DNA of 64,000 nucleotides from Octopus vulgaris (lineage: Eukaryota), in assembly GCA_951406725.2 (NCBI GenBank), contig OX597827.1:47492001-47556000 (forward strand), in the 5' to 3' direction. The translations under genes were made by a program, and so were the position numbers. Each line of letters opens with the position of its first letter. Positions within the stretch are counted from its first letter, which is position 1. Of this stretch, positions 12,827 through 25,591 are shown piece by piece. The notes under the pieces were generated by a model that was not told where the DNA came from, did not search any database, and saw only the letters and a program-made list of their open reading frames with translations.

Positions 12827-13065
12827 GTGTGTCTATCTGCTGGAAATAAAAGTCAAAACTCGTATTTAAATCGCCAAGATACACTGATGATAACTTCAGA
12901 AATCAACCGTCTGAATGCAAACGGTATAAGACACTCATCCAACGTACATTCAAGTATTTGCTTTAGCTCGTTTGCCCTCAGACGGTTGATTTCTGTAGTT
13001 ATCATCAGTGTATTTTGGCGATTTAAATAAGGGTTTTGACTCTTATTTCCAGCAGACAGACATAC
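12827..13065. repeat. Fold-back inverted repeat, ~97-bp arms, ~45-bp spacer
   Basis: 12827-12923 is the reverse complement of 12969-13065 with about 9 mismatches. Confidence 0.9.
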
Positions 13066-13272
13066 GTCTTATCTCCTTTGATTAATTTTAACCCTTCAGC
13101 TATCTAATGCCCGTTATGGGCCCCCAATTGCCTATATTATTGATTCTATGTTGTCATTTTAAATATTCGGTTCACTAGATAATATCAGAGTCAATGATAT
13201 CTTAGCAAATTAATTTTTTGTGAATTATTTTTCTCGTGAATTATTTGTTCCGTATTTACATACATACATATG

Positions 13273-13333
<61 letters not shown>

Positions 13334-13910
13334 TCTACTTGTTGAATCATTCATTCACAAATTCCTCCGCCGAGAACATATACTAAAATCTTAAAAAAAT
13401 ACGAAATTACAATAACTTCAATGTTATGATTATCAAAACAGAAACCGGTCGACAATATAAAAAATATACTAAAATATGTAAGCTGTGTTCATTTTCCTTC
13501 TTTTATTTTATATATATACATTTATTGCATTGCAGCTCACCACCTGGAGATGATCGAAATTCTCTTTCTCCCTTTTTTGTTTCTCCCCACTGTCTCTCTC
13601 TCTCTCTCTCTCTCTCACTATATATATATATACGTGTATACATAATGTGTGCACATCTATGTGTATATATATGTATATATATATGTATATATACATCTAT
13701 GTGTATATATATGTATATATATCACATATATATATCTCAATCTGTGGTAATTAAATTGTTGACGCTCGCATATATGCCTCTATGTTTTTTTATGTGTTTC
13801 TATGTTTGTAGAGGGTAAAAATATGGATGTTTTTCAAGCGTAAATGCTGAAGAATAATGACAACCTATTTCTTGAGACACTTATTTATCTATCTATCTGT
13901 CTATATATAA

Positions 13911-14034
<124 letters not shown>

Positions 14035-14039
14035 TAGTG

Positions 14040-14080
<41 letters not shown>

Positions 14081-14109
14081 GACTGCTGCGTGTAGCAGAA
14101 AAGTGTAAC

Positions 14110-14153
14110 CAGTACCGACGAAGAGCAATACCCAGAAACCAACTGGTCTACTG
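14110..14153 (+). ncRNA. Minimal type I hammerhead ribozyme motif (CCGACGA core variant)
   Basis: cagua-CCGACGA-agagcaauaccca-GAAA-ccaacugg-UC-uacug: 5-bp stem I, near-palindromic stem III, weak stem II. Confidence 0.65.
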
Positions 14154-14378
14154 TTTCTGTCAACGGTAGATGGGAGGTTTTCGCTCCCTAGAATGTAATA
14201 TAACGGACACGGTTTGTAGTTAACCAGCTGGAAGATATGTTCTCTTAAGGCTCACGAAGAAAAGTAACAGTGTTTTCACAAAATAACCACGTTGAGGTAG
14301 TAGCAGCCATTACTTTTCGGTAGAGTTACTACTTGCATCTCGTATTGAAAATTTTGGAACTAGCTACTTTACTTTCTC

Positions 14379-14379
<1 letters not shown>

Positions 14380-14410
<31 letters not shown>

Positions 14411-14530
14411 TGTATGTATGTATGTATGTATGTATGTATGTATGTATGTATGTATGTATGTATGCATGCATGCATGCATGTATGTATGTATGTGTGTATG
14501 CATGTGTGCTTTATACATACATACATACAT
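14380..14530. repeat. (TATG)n microsatellite
   Basis: Seen directly. Confidence 0.95.
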
Positions 14531-14560
14531 ACATACATATATGTATATATATATATATAT

Positions 14561-14869
14561 ATCACCGTGATCACCGTAACCGACCAGACTATCAGATGTT
14601 GCTGCACATCGCTGGTCACAATGCGCTTCGCATTGTTTTTAGACTTCGAAGGACGCCATCCCGCTGGCTAAGCGAGCAGGCCAACAGAAGAATGAGAGAA
14701 AGTTGTGGCGAAAGAGAACACCAAGGATCGCCCCCCCCCCACTGCCGGAGCATCGTGGAGCTTCGGGTGTTTTCGCTCAATAAACACTCACAAGGCCCGG
14801 TCTGGCAATCGAAACCACGATCCTACGACCGCGAGTCCGCTGCCCTAACCACAGGGCCAATGCACCTCC
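14561..14869 (-). mobile_element. SINE family C (tRNA-like head), tail type 1 ending in (cacggtgat)2
   Basis: Head ggaggtgcattggccctgtggttagggcagcggactcgcggtcgtaggatcgtggtttcgattgcc; homologous to 22366-22631 and, in its 5' half, to 37168-37543. Confidence 0.88.
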
Positions 14870-14881
14870 ACACATATATAT

Positions 14882-14914
<33 letters not shown>

Positions 14915-14915
14915 A

Positions 14916-14946
<31 letters not shown>

Positions 14947-16229
14947 CATATATATATACATATATATATATAATAAATATATATATACATACATACATAT
15001 ATAAGTATGTGTGTGTATGTATAGATGTGTGCCTGTGCATATGTAACCTCTTACTACGTTCATTCAGTGGGTCATAAGGCGCATAGAATATTAATGGTGT
15101 ACCAAGTGATAGGTTGATACTCTTCCCTAAAACTGGCAGCCAGAATACTTTCGTTTGTCCGTAATTGGAAATTAAGGATACTTATTATATATATTTTACG
15201 ATAAACTTTTATATTTGCAAATCCTCTCTTTAGGATGATTTGTTGATCCAAGTATATATTTATTTTCCATTAAATGCATTTTTCTTGTTTTGTGACGGTA
15301 ACAGACAGAGATAGCCCAGTGATATATCTGATAGGTATTTAATCTCTGTTTTTTTTTATACCAATTACCTGTAATATTTATGTACCAGCCTCCAGGAATG
15401 TGTTCTATATACCTAAAAGTGGTTCATCCAATAACGTTACACCGCTTATATTTAATGGTTTTTTAAAGCAATGAGTTCATAGATGGTTAATGGTTTGGAT
15501 GTGTGTTGATGAAGGAGCAAAGACGCCTTGAATATGTCATATACGTTCGTTCCCCATTTTCTATCTATCTCCTTGTTGTTTGCATAAATCTTTCGGCTCC
15601 GAAAGGCCTTAACAAACTCGGTGCTATAGAACATTTGTAGAGATAAAATTTACAAGTGATTTTTCTATACCATACATGCATAGATAATGGTATATAACTC
15701 TCATTGCACATATCTTTAAAATAACTTATTGTCGCCCATTTAGATGAATTTTCTAATTTTCCGATGTATGATACAAAATGGCGGTTAGTTTTATTTTATT
15801 TTCTATTATTTTAATCTCTAGAAGTACAGCATTCATTCCTACATTAGTCGTTCAACGGCACAGCAATTTGACAGCAATAGTTACTTTGCTTTTGACATTA
15901 ATTTACTCTGTAAGTAGGGTTCTTTTAAATGGGTTCCAATTTAACATCGCTATTACTGGCATATATGGCGTTTTGTGTAACTGATATTTCGAATAATATT
16001 ATTGTTGGTTAATTTGCGAATTTTATACTCTTTGTTGACACGCTTGTTGTAGTAGAAGATAAATTGCTCCTATGCTGATCATTTCTCAAACACATTTCCA
16101 ATAAAGATCGCCGTGCCAAAATAACGAAAGGAGATGTGATAAACCGTAATATATAAAAAAAAACGATATATTTTACGTAGACATCGTCATAAAGTATGCG
16201 CAGTGAGGACACATACAAAACAAGCAGCA

Positions 16230-16289
<60 letters not shown>

Positions 16290-16594
16290 TTACACACACA
16301 CACACACCACACACACAGACACACACATATATATATATATAAGCATACAGATAACCCATACAGTATACCTACACATGTAGATGTGTGTGTGTATGTGTAA
16401 ATATGGCTATACCTAAATATACACACATATGTATATATGCATATATATGTATATATGCCTGTATATATACATTATACACACATATCTCTATATGTGTGTG
16501 TATTATGTATGTATGTATGTATGCATGCATGCATGCATATATGTATGTATATATACATTTTTATAATTATGAGTATAATTATAATTAGTGTTCA

Positions 16595-16952
16595 GCAAAA
16601 ATTTGCTTCACCACATACCGAAATTTAGAAATAGCAGTTAAAACTAACTATTTCACTACCACAAGAAAATCTCTCAGACAGCAATACTCAACAACTCACG
16701 CAGGTAAAGAGAGAAAATAACGAATCGTCCCGGCTTTGATTAACTGTATACACGTTTCTGCGTTAGATGTGAAAAATGTAAAATCACATTTCCACTCTAT
16801 CATTCTCCTCTTCAAAGCCGGGTGGATTCGATATTTTTTCTCTTTACCTGCGTAGTAAAGTATTGCTGTCTGGGAGATTTTCTTATGGTAGTGAAATAGT
16901 TAGTTTTAACTACTATTTCTAAATTTCGGTATGTGGTGATGCAAATATTTGC
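16595..16952. repeat. Fold-back inverted repeat, ~140-bp arms, ~72-bp spacer
   Basis: 16595-16739 is the reverse complement of 16812-16952 (gcaaa..ccacataccgaaatttagaaatag.. / ..ctatttctaaatttcggtatgtgg..tttgc). Confidence 0.92.
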
Positions 16953-17412
16953 ATGTTAGATATGGATTTGCAAGATCTGTAAAAATCTGTAAAACTTACC
17001 AGTGTTGGGAAGTAGTTCATAAATCCCTATGTGAATCTGATAAACATAGACTTTAGAAGAGAGAGCGCAGATCCTGTTCAGATCTAAGGTCCCTAACTCT
17101 CTCTTGAACTCCAGGTGAGAGATCTTCAGTGGTTGCATGCATATGTATAAATATATTTTGAAGAATTTGAAAATTCTGCTTATTCCTGATTGACTTGATA
17201 TCTTTCCAGCCTTATTATTTAAGTTCTAGGGAGAATAACTACTTTATCTTTTTAGTTCATATTTTTTACATTTTAGCTTCTGTTTTTCCTTCTCCGTTCG
17301 GTGTTTTTCGTTTTCGGTTGTTTACTGTCTGGGTTTTCTTTGCGCTACCATCTCATTTTTTCCGCATTACTTCGATTATTCAATTTCTTCAGTTCGTTAT
17401 GATATGTGGTTT

Positions 17413-17463
17413 GCGCCTGAAGAATATGTTTGCCTTCTCAACATATGAAACTATTAGTAGCGC
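17413..17463 (+). ncRNA. Minimal type I hammerhead ribozyme motif, canonical core
   Basis: gcgc-CUGAAGA-auauguu(ugccuucuc)aacauau-GAAA-cuauuag-UA-gcgc: stem I 4 bp, stem II 7 bp perfect, stem III cua/uag; AATAAA about 25 nt downstream. Confidence 0.82.
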
Positions 17464-18012
17464 TTTAATACATATACTGTGACTTTTGAATAAATGATGT
17501 TTATCTCTCACCAGATGGAGTACTGTTTTTGTTGAATTTTCTCTCTCGGATCAGTTCCTACACACACACACACACCCACACACACCCACACCCACACCCA
17601 CACGTATTTGTGAATGAATCTATGTATAATATGCAATGGGATTAGTATTGGATTAAATAGCCATCTATGTATCATACTAAACGAAAATATCTCGTGAAAG
17701 TCAAATTTGCAATGATCTCCATCTCAAGTATATATATCGTATGTACGTGCTGTGGTTAAAACTCAAGATATAGATCGGAGATTTTTATCGTCGAAGCAGC
17801 GACCACCGTGGATGCCAGATGCCTTTCTGTCTCATTGAGCACTGTCAAAAGCGAGAACTCAGAGTTACCCACCCACTTGCATGAAATTTGTCATAAATAC
17901 ATAAATACACATATTGATACACACACAGACACTCATTTATACATGTATATCTATATCTATATACATATATACGTTTGTATATATGTGTATGTGTGTGTGT
18001 GTGTGTGTTTGT

Positions 18013-18190
18013 GGAGGCGCTTGGCTTAATGGTTAGGGTGTCAGCCTCATGATCGTAAGATTGGGCTTCCGATTCCTGGAATGTTGAGATGAAATGACGT
18101 CCCATCCAGCTGGGGAACATATATGCCATGGAAACCGGGAAACCGGGCCCATGAGCCTGGCTAGGCTTTAGAAGGGCGCATTTATTTTTT
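18013..18190 (+). mobile_element. SINE family D, internally deleted copy
   Basis: Head ggaggcgcttggcttaatggttagggtgtcagc...ccgattcctgg and tail ...gagcctggctaggcttta.aagggcgca match 26132-26388. Confidence 0.85.
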
Positions 18191-18857
18191 ATACACACAC
18201 ACGCACAAACACACACACACACACACATATATATGTCTCTGTGTGTGTGTGTGTGTATGTGTGAATGTGTATAGGGATATAATTGGTGCATGTGTAATTT
18301 TGGCAGGAGTATGTTTAGTAACTTTGTCAATAGCAAACCACGTTTCATGCTGCTATTTACGTACTTGGAAAGAACAATTTTTATAGGAATATTACCTAAT
18401 GAAACGACAGTTTGCTTTTCGAAGCAATATTTCTTGCTAGTCATCAACATAACCAATAAGAATGATATAAATGTCAGTTACTCACAGCGCCATCTATAGT
18501 AAAGAAAAATAATGGGAATACATCACCACACTCTATCATCCCCCTACTGGCAAACTGAATGAAATAGATGAAGATATAACTAGAATTGTCGAAAGAGTCG
18601 TACACTCGAGTGAATAATAAACAAATTATTATGGATCCAGGGTATTGAGACCTGGAAAACAACGGTTGTATTGTATTTTACCTCTCAAGAATTCTCGGAC
18701 ATGCGGGAATGTGTTCCGTTGTGACGGTAAAAACTTAAATTAGTCAGACCCTATAGATCAGAAAGCCTGTCTGTTATATTTCTGACAGAAGAAGTCTCTT
18801 GAGGGCTTTCTGACTCGAAATGCTGGAAAGGCAGAGAAAGAGAAATAGAGGGAAAAG

Positions 18858-18864
<7 letters not shown>

Positions 18865-18910
<46 letters not shown>
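18865..18910. repeat. (GA)n microsatellite
   Basis: Seen directly. Confidence 0.95.
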
Positions 18911-18912
<2 letters not shown>

Positions 18913-18989
18913 TGAAGAGTGACTGTGATAGCTGAGTAGAAGGGTGAGAGAGAAAGAGAAACATTAAGTGAGATTAGGGAAAGTTAGGT

Positions 18990-19212
18990 GGAGTTACCTT
19001 CTCGAGTCATAAGGGCCGGTGTCCCGCTTTCATGACGTACAAATTCTGGACGCCGGTCCACTGCAGGAGTACTTATTTTTGCTAGCTGGAGCAACGTGAA
19101 ATGTAGTGTTTTGCTTAATAAATAACACAACATGTCACCCGGTCCAGGAATCGAAACCACAATCTTACGATCATGAGTCCAACACCACTAACCACTAAGC
19201 CATATGTCTCCA
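18990..19212 (-). mobile_element. SINE family D, diverged copy with a different 3' end
   Basis: ccggtccaggaatcgaaaccacaatcttacgatcatgag..accactaagcca matches the reverse-strand head of 26132-26388. Confidence 0.8.
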
Positions 19213-19361
19213 TTATAGTGAGATTGCCTAGTCCTTGATCCTAGAAATGGATAATGCCAAACCCATCAATTTCTAGTAATGTTATACTATCAACATGCGC
19301 TGATGGGGAGACTGCAGGATGTTGCGGAACCTGGGTTCTCATTCCTAATGTAGTTTTTGAT

Positions 19362-19423
19362 GTTATTATTATTATTATCATTTTATTATTATTATTATTA
19401 TTGTTATTATTATTATTATTATT

Positions 19424-19465
<42 letters not shown>

Positions 19466-19478
19466 ATTATTATTATTA

Positions 19479-19541
<63 letters not shown>

Positions 19542-19558
19542 GTATTAGTATTATTATT
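19362..19558. repeat. (TTA)n/(TTG)n compound trinucleotide microsatellite
   Basis: Seen directly; it produces the poly-Leu ORF 19254-19592. Confidence 0.96.
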
Positions 19559-19776
19559 ACCCCACCATTCCGAGTTCGATTCCAGGCAGTGACTGAATCA
19601 TAATAATAATAATAATAATAACATCATCGAAAAAGATATACCTTAGGAATGAGAACTCAGATTCGCAATTTCCCCAAGACATCTGATGAAGGCTGGAGGG
19701 TGTATTAGCCGAAACGTTGTGTTAACAACAAACAAGATGAGGACAAATATTAGTCAAATGTAAATAACGTAAATAA
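19555..19776 (+). mobile_element. SINE-like element: tRNA B-box, (TAA)n, hammerhead ribozyme and (gtaaataa)2 tail; a partial inverted copy lies at about 19303-19400
   Basis: GTTCGATTCC at 19574-19583; acau-CUGAUGA-a-ggcug..uagcc-GAAA-cg-UU-gugu at 19679-19722; ttaggaatgagaac is mirrored by gttctcattcctaa at 19335-19348. Confidence 0.72.
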
Positions 19777-20110
19777 GAGAAATTATTATTGAAGATATTG
19801 TGCTGTATGAGGCATGGCACTGTCGGTTGGCATACTGGAATGTATAAAACGGAAACATCAGTATGACTATGGATTTTTTTTTTCATGGCGCCTATCACCT
19901 AACATGCTTCCAGAAGCTTTTTAATATGCCCTTTTCAATACAACGAATGCAAGCAGGGAGAATTGTGAATATGATCTGACACGACCGTGGCTTACCCGAA
20001 TTTCGCATCATGTTTTGAAACCATCAAGAAAATAAAGCATTATTCAAATACTAGGGCACGCCGAACAGATCGAATTCTTCCTCCATCTTTCAGTCTCTTA
20101 GCTCGTATTA

Positions 20111-20328
20111 GGCGGCGAGCTGGCAGAAACGTTAGCACGCCGGGCGAAATACGTAGCCGTATTTCGTCTGCCGTTACGTTCTGGGTTCAAATTCTTTGCC
20201 TTTCATCCTTTCGGGGTCGATAAATTAAGTAGCAGTTACGCACTGGGGTCGATGTAATCGACTTAATACCTATGTCTGTCCTTGTTTGTCCCCTCTGTGT
20301 TTGGCCCCTTGTGGGTAATAAAGAAATA
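20111..20328 (+). mobile_element. SINE family B (tRNA-like head, Meta-domain-like gcctttcatcctttcggggtcgataaa), near full length
   Basis: ggcggcgagctggcagaaacgttagc...gggttcaaattc; short TSD cgtattag at 20104 and 20329. Confidence 0.92.
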
Positions 20329-20608
20329 CGTATTAGCAACAATTACTATTGCTAATTTAGGACTTTCATTTAGCACAATTGTGAAAGTGTTACACAAAAT
20401 ACATCGCGGTACTTTGTTATGATGCAAAACATTATGAGTTCAAAACTAACCGATGTCAACATCGTCGTATCCCACCCGGGATAGAAAAAATCATGCATCT
20501 TTCAAGAACTGTATTGATTTTAAACTTGTAATCTCCCGACCAAACTTCTCGAATCATACACTTTTGTATCATATTTTCAATGCATATTCTCATCTTCCTT
20601 TAATATTT

Positions 20609-20830
20609 TGGCAGAAACGTTTGCTTGCCGGGCGAATTGCTTAGCGGTATTTCGTCTGTCTTTACTTTTTGAGTTCAAATTCTGCGGAGATCAACTTTGT
20701 CTTTCATCCTTTCGGAGTCGATTAAATAAGTAGCAGTTACGCACTGGGGTCGACATAATCGACTTAATCCGTTTGTCTGTCTTTGTTTGTATACTCTATG
20801 TTTAGCACCCCCTGCAGGCAATAAAAAAAG
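20609..20830 (+). mobile_element. SINE family B copy
   Basis: Colinear with 20111-20328. Confidence 0.88.
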
Positions 20831-20849
20831 AAAACCATTCTTATCTTTG

Positions 20850-21046
20850 CTTTTACTTGATTCATTCATTTGACTGAGGCCATGGTGGGGCACAACTTTG
20901 AAGAATTTTTGTCGAACGAATCGGCCCTCAGTATCATTTTTCTTTTTGGCTTGCTACTTATTCCATCGTTGTTGTTAGCCGAAACCATTACGCTACGGGG
21001 ATATGTAAACCAGCATCGATGATGAGGAACAAACATAGACACAAAG

Positions 21047-21093
<47 letters not shown>

Positions 21094-21190
21094 TGCAATA
21101 CATACAGGATGGCCATAAGTCACTTCACCCAATTCTTTATCAGTATTAGGAATGGGTAAATCGATCTTATTCATATTTATGTAGAAATTT

Positions 21191-21225
<35 letters not shown>

Positions 21226-21513
21226 TAGAAAAAAACACTTTTCATCAATTCAACAATGACAAAAATTTAATTATACCATATAGAAAAAAATTACATCATA
21301 TAGAAAATATTAAATATAAGATAAAAACATATACCAATGAGTAAGCAATATATATATATATATATACACGATGGGATTTTCAGTTTCCGCCTACAGAATC
21401 AACTTACAAAGCTTTGGACTGTCCGTGGCTACAGTAGAAAACAATTGTCCAAGGTACCGAGCAGTGGGACTGAACCAGGAAGCATGAGGTTAGGAAGCAA
21501 ACTTCTTATCGCC
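20850..21513 (-). mobile_element. SINE family A split at its central microsatellite by about 300 bp of other inserted DNA
   Basis: 3' half at 20850-21050, 5' half at 21367-21513; the insert includes tacaggatggccataagtcacttc (resembling a Tc1/mariner TIR) and an A-rich repeat also seen near 29120. Confidence 0.78.
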
Positions 21514-22266
21514 TATACGTTTACATATTCACATAATTTCCTACCAATAATTTCCTAACCATATGTGTATTAACGTATTTATATCAACATATCAACAATT
21601 GTTTCTTCGTTCGTTTGTTTTGTTCTTTTTTAATTAAAAGAAAAAACTCCGTTGCATTTATAAATATTGACTGTCTTTCTACAGCTGTAATGCTTTGTTT
21701 ATTCTCCTCTGTCATATGATTTTTTTGCAAATCCTTAATATATAGATTCGAAAATATTCCGTCGTTGTGTTTATGTCTTTGTGATATGACTAACGTCAAC
21801 GAGTAACGATTAGTTACGATGACAGAATAATCTCAGCTGGCATTAAAAAACAGGATATGTCCACTCACACGCACACACGCAGAGGCACATACAGAGATAC
21901 ACAGGGACACACACTCGCTCACTTTTATATGTGTACACGTATGTATAAATATGTGCAAGGAGATAAGGAGGAGAGAGTCAGAAAGAGAAGGAGAGACCGA
22001 GGGGAATTGCCAAGGGATTGTCCAAGAACAGATAAAATATAGAAGCGACAAAATTGAAGAATATTTCTCATTTATGTTATACACTGTCACTGTGTCCCTA
22101 CTTACACAAACACTCTCAGCCTACCACACACATATACAGACATTAACATACGTACATATGAATACATGTACATATATATATATCCTTGATCCTGAAGGCA
22201 GAAGTCTTGATATATAATTATTTTGATTCCACGGCATGATACGCTTTCTAGCTCATATTTAAACAC

Positions 22267-22631
<365 letters not shown>

Positions 22632-23166
22632 TAGGAGCATCCGTCAATATAGACAACAAAATTCTCGTAATACCGACGAGAGGCAAGAGAGGACAGATCT
22701 AGTTAAAGCCCAGGCTTTAACCACAATACAGAAATAGCATTGCTCAATTTGCGGCCAGTATACCTCCAAGGTCGTGAAAATTACAGTATTTGGGCACAAG
22801 CAAACTTTAAGTTATTTGAAATATGCTTGTGACATATTTCAAGTGTTGAAGGCAAATTCATTGCAGTTATATCATAGAGACTGTATTGTATTTCACACGA
22901 CTTTAATTAGGTCTGTCCAGAGTTACCTTACTTCGGTATTTCACACTAAAAACAGTTAAGAAGCTAGAAACATTGATATCTTGAAATCCAACAGGTGACA
23001 GTACTGGGCAGATATAGTGTTTTTACACCTATTTTTTAATCACAAGAGGGATCTTTTCTTTATGGTAACTGTAGTGAATTTGCCTTTTGCAGTTGAAGTG
23101 TCACAAGCATAACTTAATTCACCGAAATTTCGCTTGTGCCTAAACAATGCTGCTCATGTGATTATT

Positions 23167-23587
23167 TATTTCTTTATTACCCACATGAGGCTAATCATAT
23201 AGGGGACAAATAAAGACAGACAAATCGATTAAGTCGATTACATCGACCCCAGTGCGTAACTTGTACTTATTTAATCAGCCCTGAAAGGATAAAAAGCAAA
23301 GTCGACCTCGGCGGAATTTGAACTCAGAACGGGCGGCAGACGAAATACCTATTTCTTTACTACCCACAAGGGGCTAAACACGGAGGGGACGAACAAGGAC
23401 AGACAAACGGATTAAGTCGATTACATCGACCCCAGTGCGTAACTGGTACTTAATTTATCCACCCCGAAAGGATGAAAGGCAAAGTAAAGTAGACCTCGGC
23501 GGAATTTGAACTCAGAACATAACGGCAGACGAAATACGGCTAAGCATTACGCCCGGGGTCCTAACGTTTCTGCCAGCTCACCGCCCT
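23167..23587 (-). mobile_element. SINE family B dimer flanked by a 13-bp TSD
   Basis: TSD tcatgtgattatt at 23154-23166 and 23591-23603; internal junction gacgaaatacc|tatttctttac. Confidence 0.92.
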
Positions 23588-25591
23588 TGATCATGTGATT
23601 ATTGATATCTCTAAGTATTAATCATTTCAATTTCCTTTTCTTTTTCTCCCCTTTCTTTTTTTTTTTCGTTCCTCCCTCTCTTCTGATATTTTGCGCCTTC
23701 GTTATTCTCTGCTATTTTTCTTAAATTATAACACACAGAATAATAATTAGCTGTATCTCTTTTAATTAAAGCTAATACTCTATTAGTTCTGCAATAACTA
23801 ATCACTGCTCATTAATCAATATGAAGTAAGTAAATGAATAAGCGACGCTGGAATTTATTAACCATAACACTTCTTTGATGTACTAAACAATATGATACAA
23901 TAAATGTTTTTGTTTTCTTTTTGATATCAACATTGGCAACAGATTACAAAAATGTTTTAATAGGTTTAAAGGTCATTATTGGCTCCTGGTATCTCCTGGT
24001 ATGTAACCCTATTGTGCCAGCACAAGATTTTATAAGTTATTTCATTAATGATATACTTACGTTAAATATGACTCTTAAAACACCCTATAGGTTACATCCT
24101 GAATCTGTTATTCTCCCGTCGTCTTTCAGTTTCTTAAATTTTGGCAATTTAGATTCGAAATGTCACTTGCTGATGAACTGTTCTTTAATAAGTATATCAT
24201 AGGTAGTTTGTATATTTGGTAAGACTGCATCGTTGGGAGTTGCGTAACATATATATATTTATAGATGGCGCGCATACTGCATACTTAATTGTACCGTGAT
24301 TAAATAACTATAAAAACTCTTAACGAAGCAACTGTAGCAGTACCACATAATGCATTTGTCTGTTTTTATTATACTTACACACACATACACACACAGACAC
24401 ATACACACACACATGCATTTATATTTATATATATACGTACATACGTATGTATACATAGATACACACACACATATATGGACAAATATTCAGCAATTATATA
24501 GAAAATTTTCAGGCAAATAGTGAAATCAGCCAGATTTAGATATACAATATACCCAATGTTATATAAATGTATCTAGTAGTAATAGGAGACAATTCAATAT
24601 AATGTAAGGCTATCTTTTGAAATACATACAATTTCAATATAACCAATTTCTGTCTTTAATTTGAAATGTCACTTTTATTAGCTTTGCATACATACAAACA
24701 TACATACATACATATATATACATACATACATACACATGTACGCACGTACATGCTAAAATATATATATGCAAACACACACACTTATTGTTTCTCATATACA
24801 TGCATATACATGTGTATATACATATATTTATGTATGTGTGTGTGAGGGTACGTGTGTGACTGACTTCAGATATTGAGTTCTGTCTTACTTTGATCGTCGT
24901 TTAATCGAGTATGCAATATCGAATTCACGCTGCCACCAATGCCTGTATGTGTGTGTGTGTGTGTGTGTCTGTCTGTCTTTGTGTGTGAGTTTACAGAATT
25001 TTTCTGTATTATTCTCGATAGAAATACGATACCATTAATAGAAATTTTATAAAATTTTCCATTAAACTGTCAGATTAATATCTTACATTTGGTTAGGTAA
25101 GTGTTGATACGTTTTCTGCCCACTGGTCCTCATCGAATGTAATTTTTAGAAAGTCTTCCCAATTGATCATAACATTATAAGCGACATGTTTGCATAGCCG
25201 TTGCGCCAGAAGTGCAAAGACCATTCTAGTCAACTAAACATGTCATCTTTTTAAGGGTCGAGAAATTTAAGTTCCCGCCTAGAGCTGTGCATTGATTCTA
25301 GCTGTTGCCATTATGAACGCTTCTATGGTGGTATAAAATATATTTTCAACTAGATATTGATTAACTCTTGAGTAAACCTGAGCACGGGTATTATAGAAAT
25401 AGATTAAAACCTTCATCATAAAATCCAGATTAACGTTATGCTGGATACATGTGTATTCTCAAGTATTTAAAACGGTTAAGCTTCATTTGAATGTTATTAG
25501 GTCGGATAAGCTATTGAATAGCTGCCTTCACATAAGACTTGACGAGGTGCAATTAATATCGCTACTGCATTATTTTCTAATAACTCTATTT

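Noticed and set aside
12884-12913. CUGAUGA...GAAA inside the 12827-13065 hairpin arms
   Set aside because: No convincing stem I, II or III pairing around the core in either arm
16956-17138. ORF with KRELGTLDL, resembling the L1/Tx1 GGLGxxDL motif
   Set aside because: A single short degenerate motif with no supporting flanking homology
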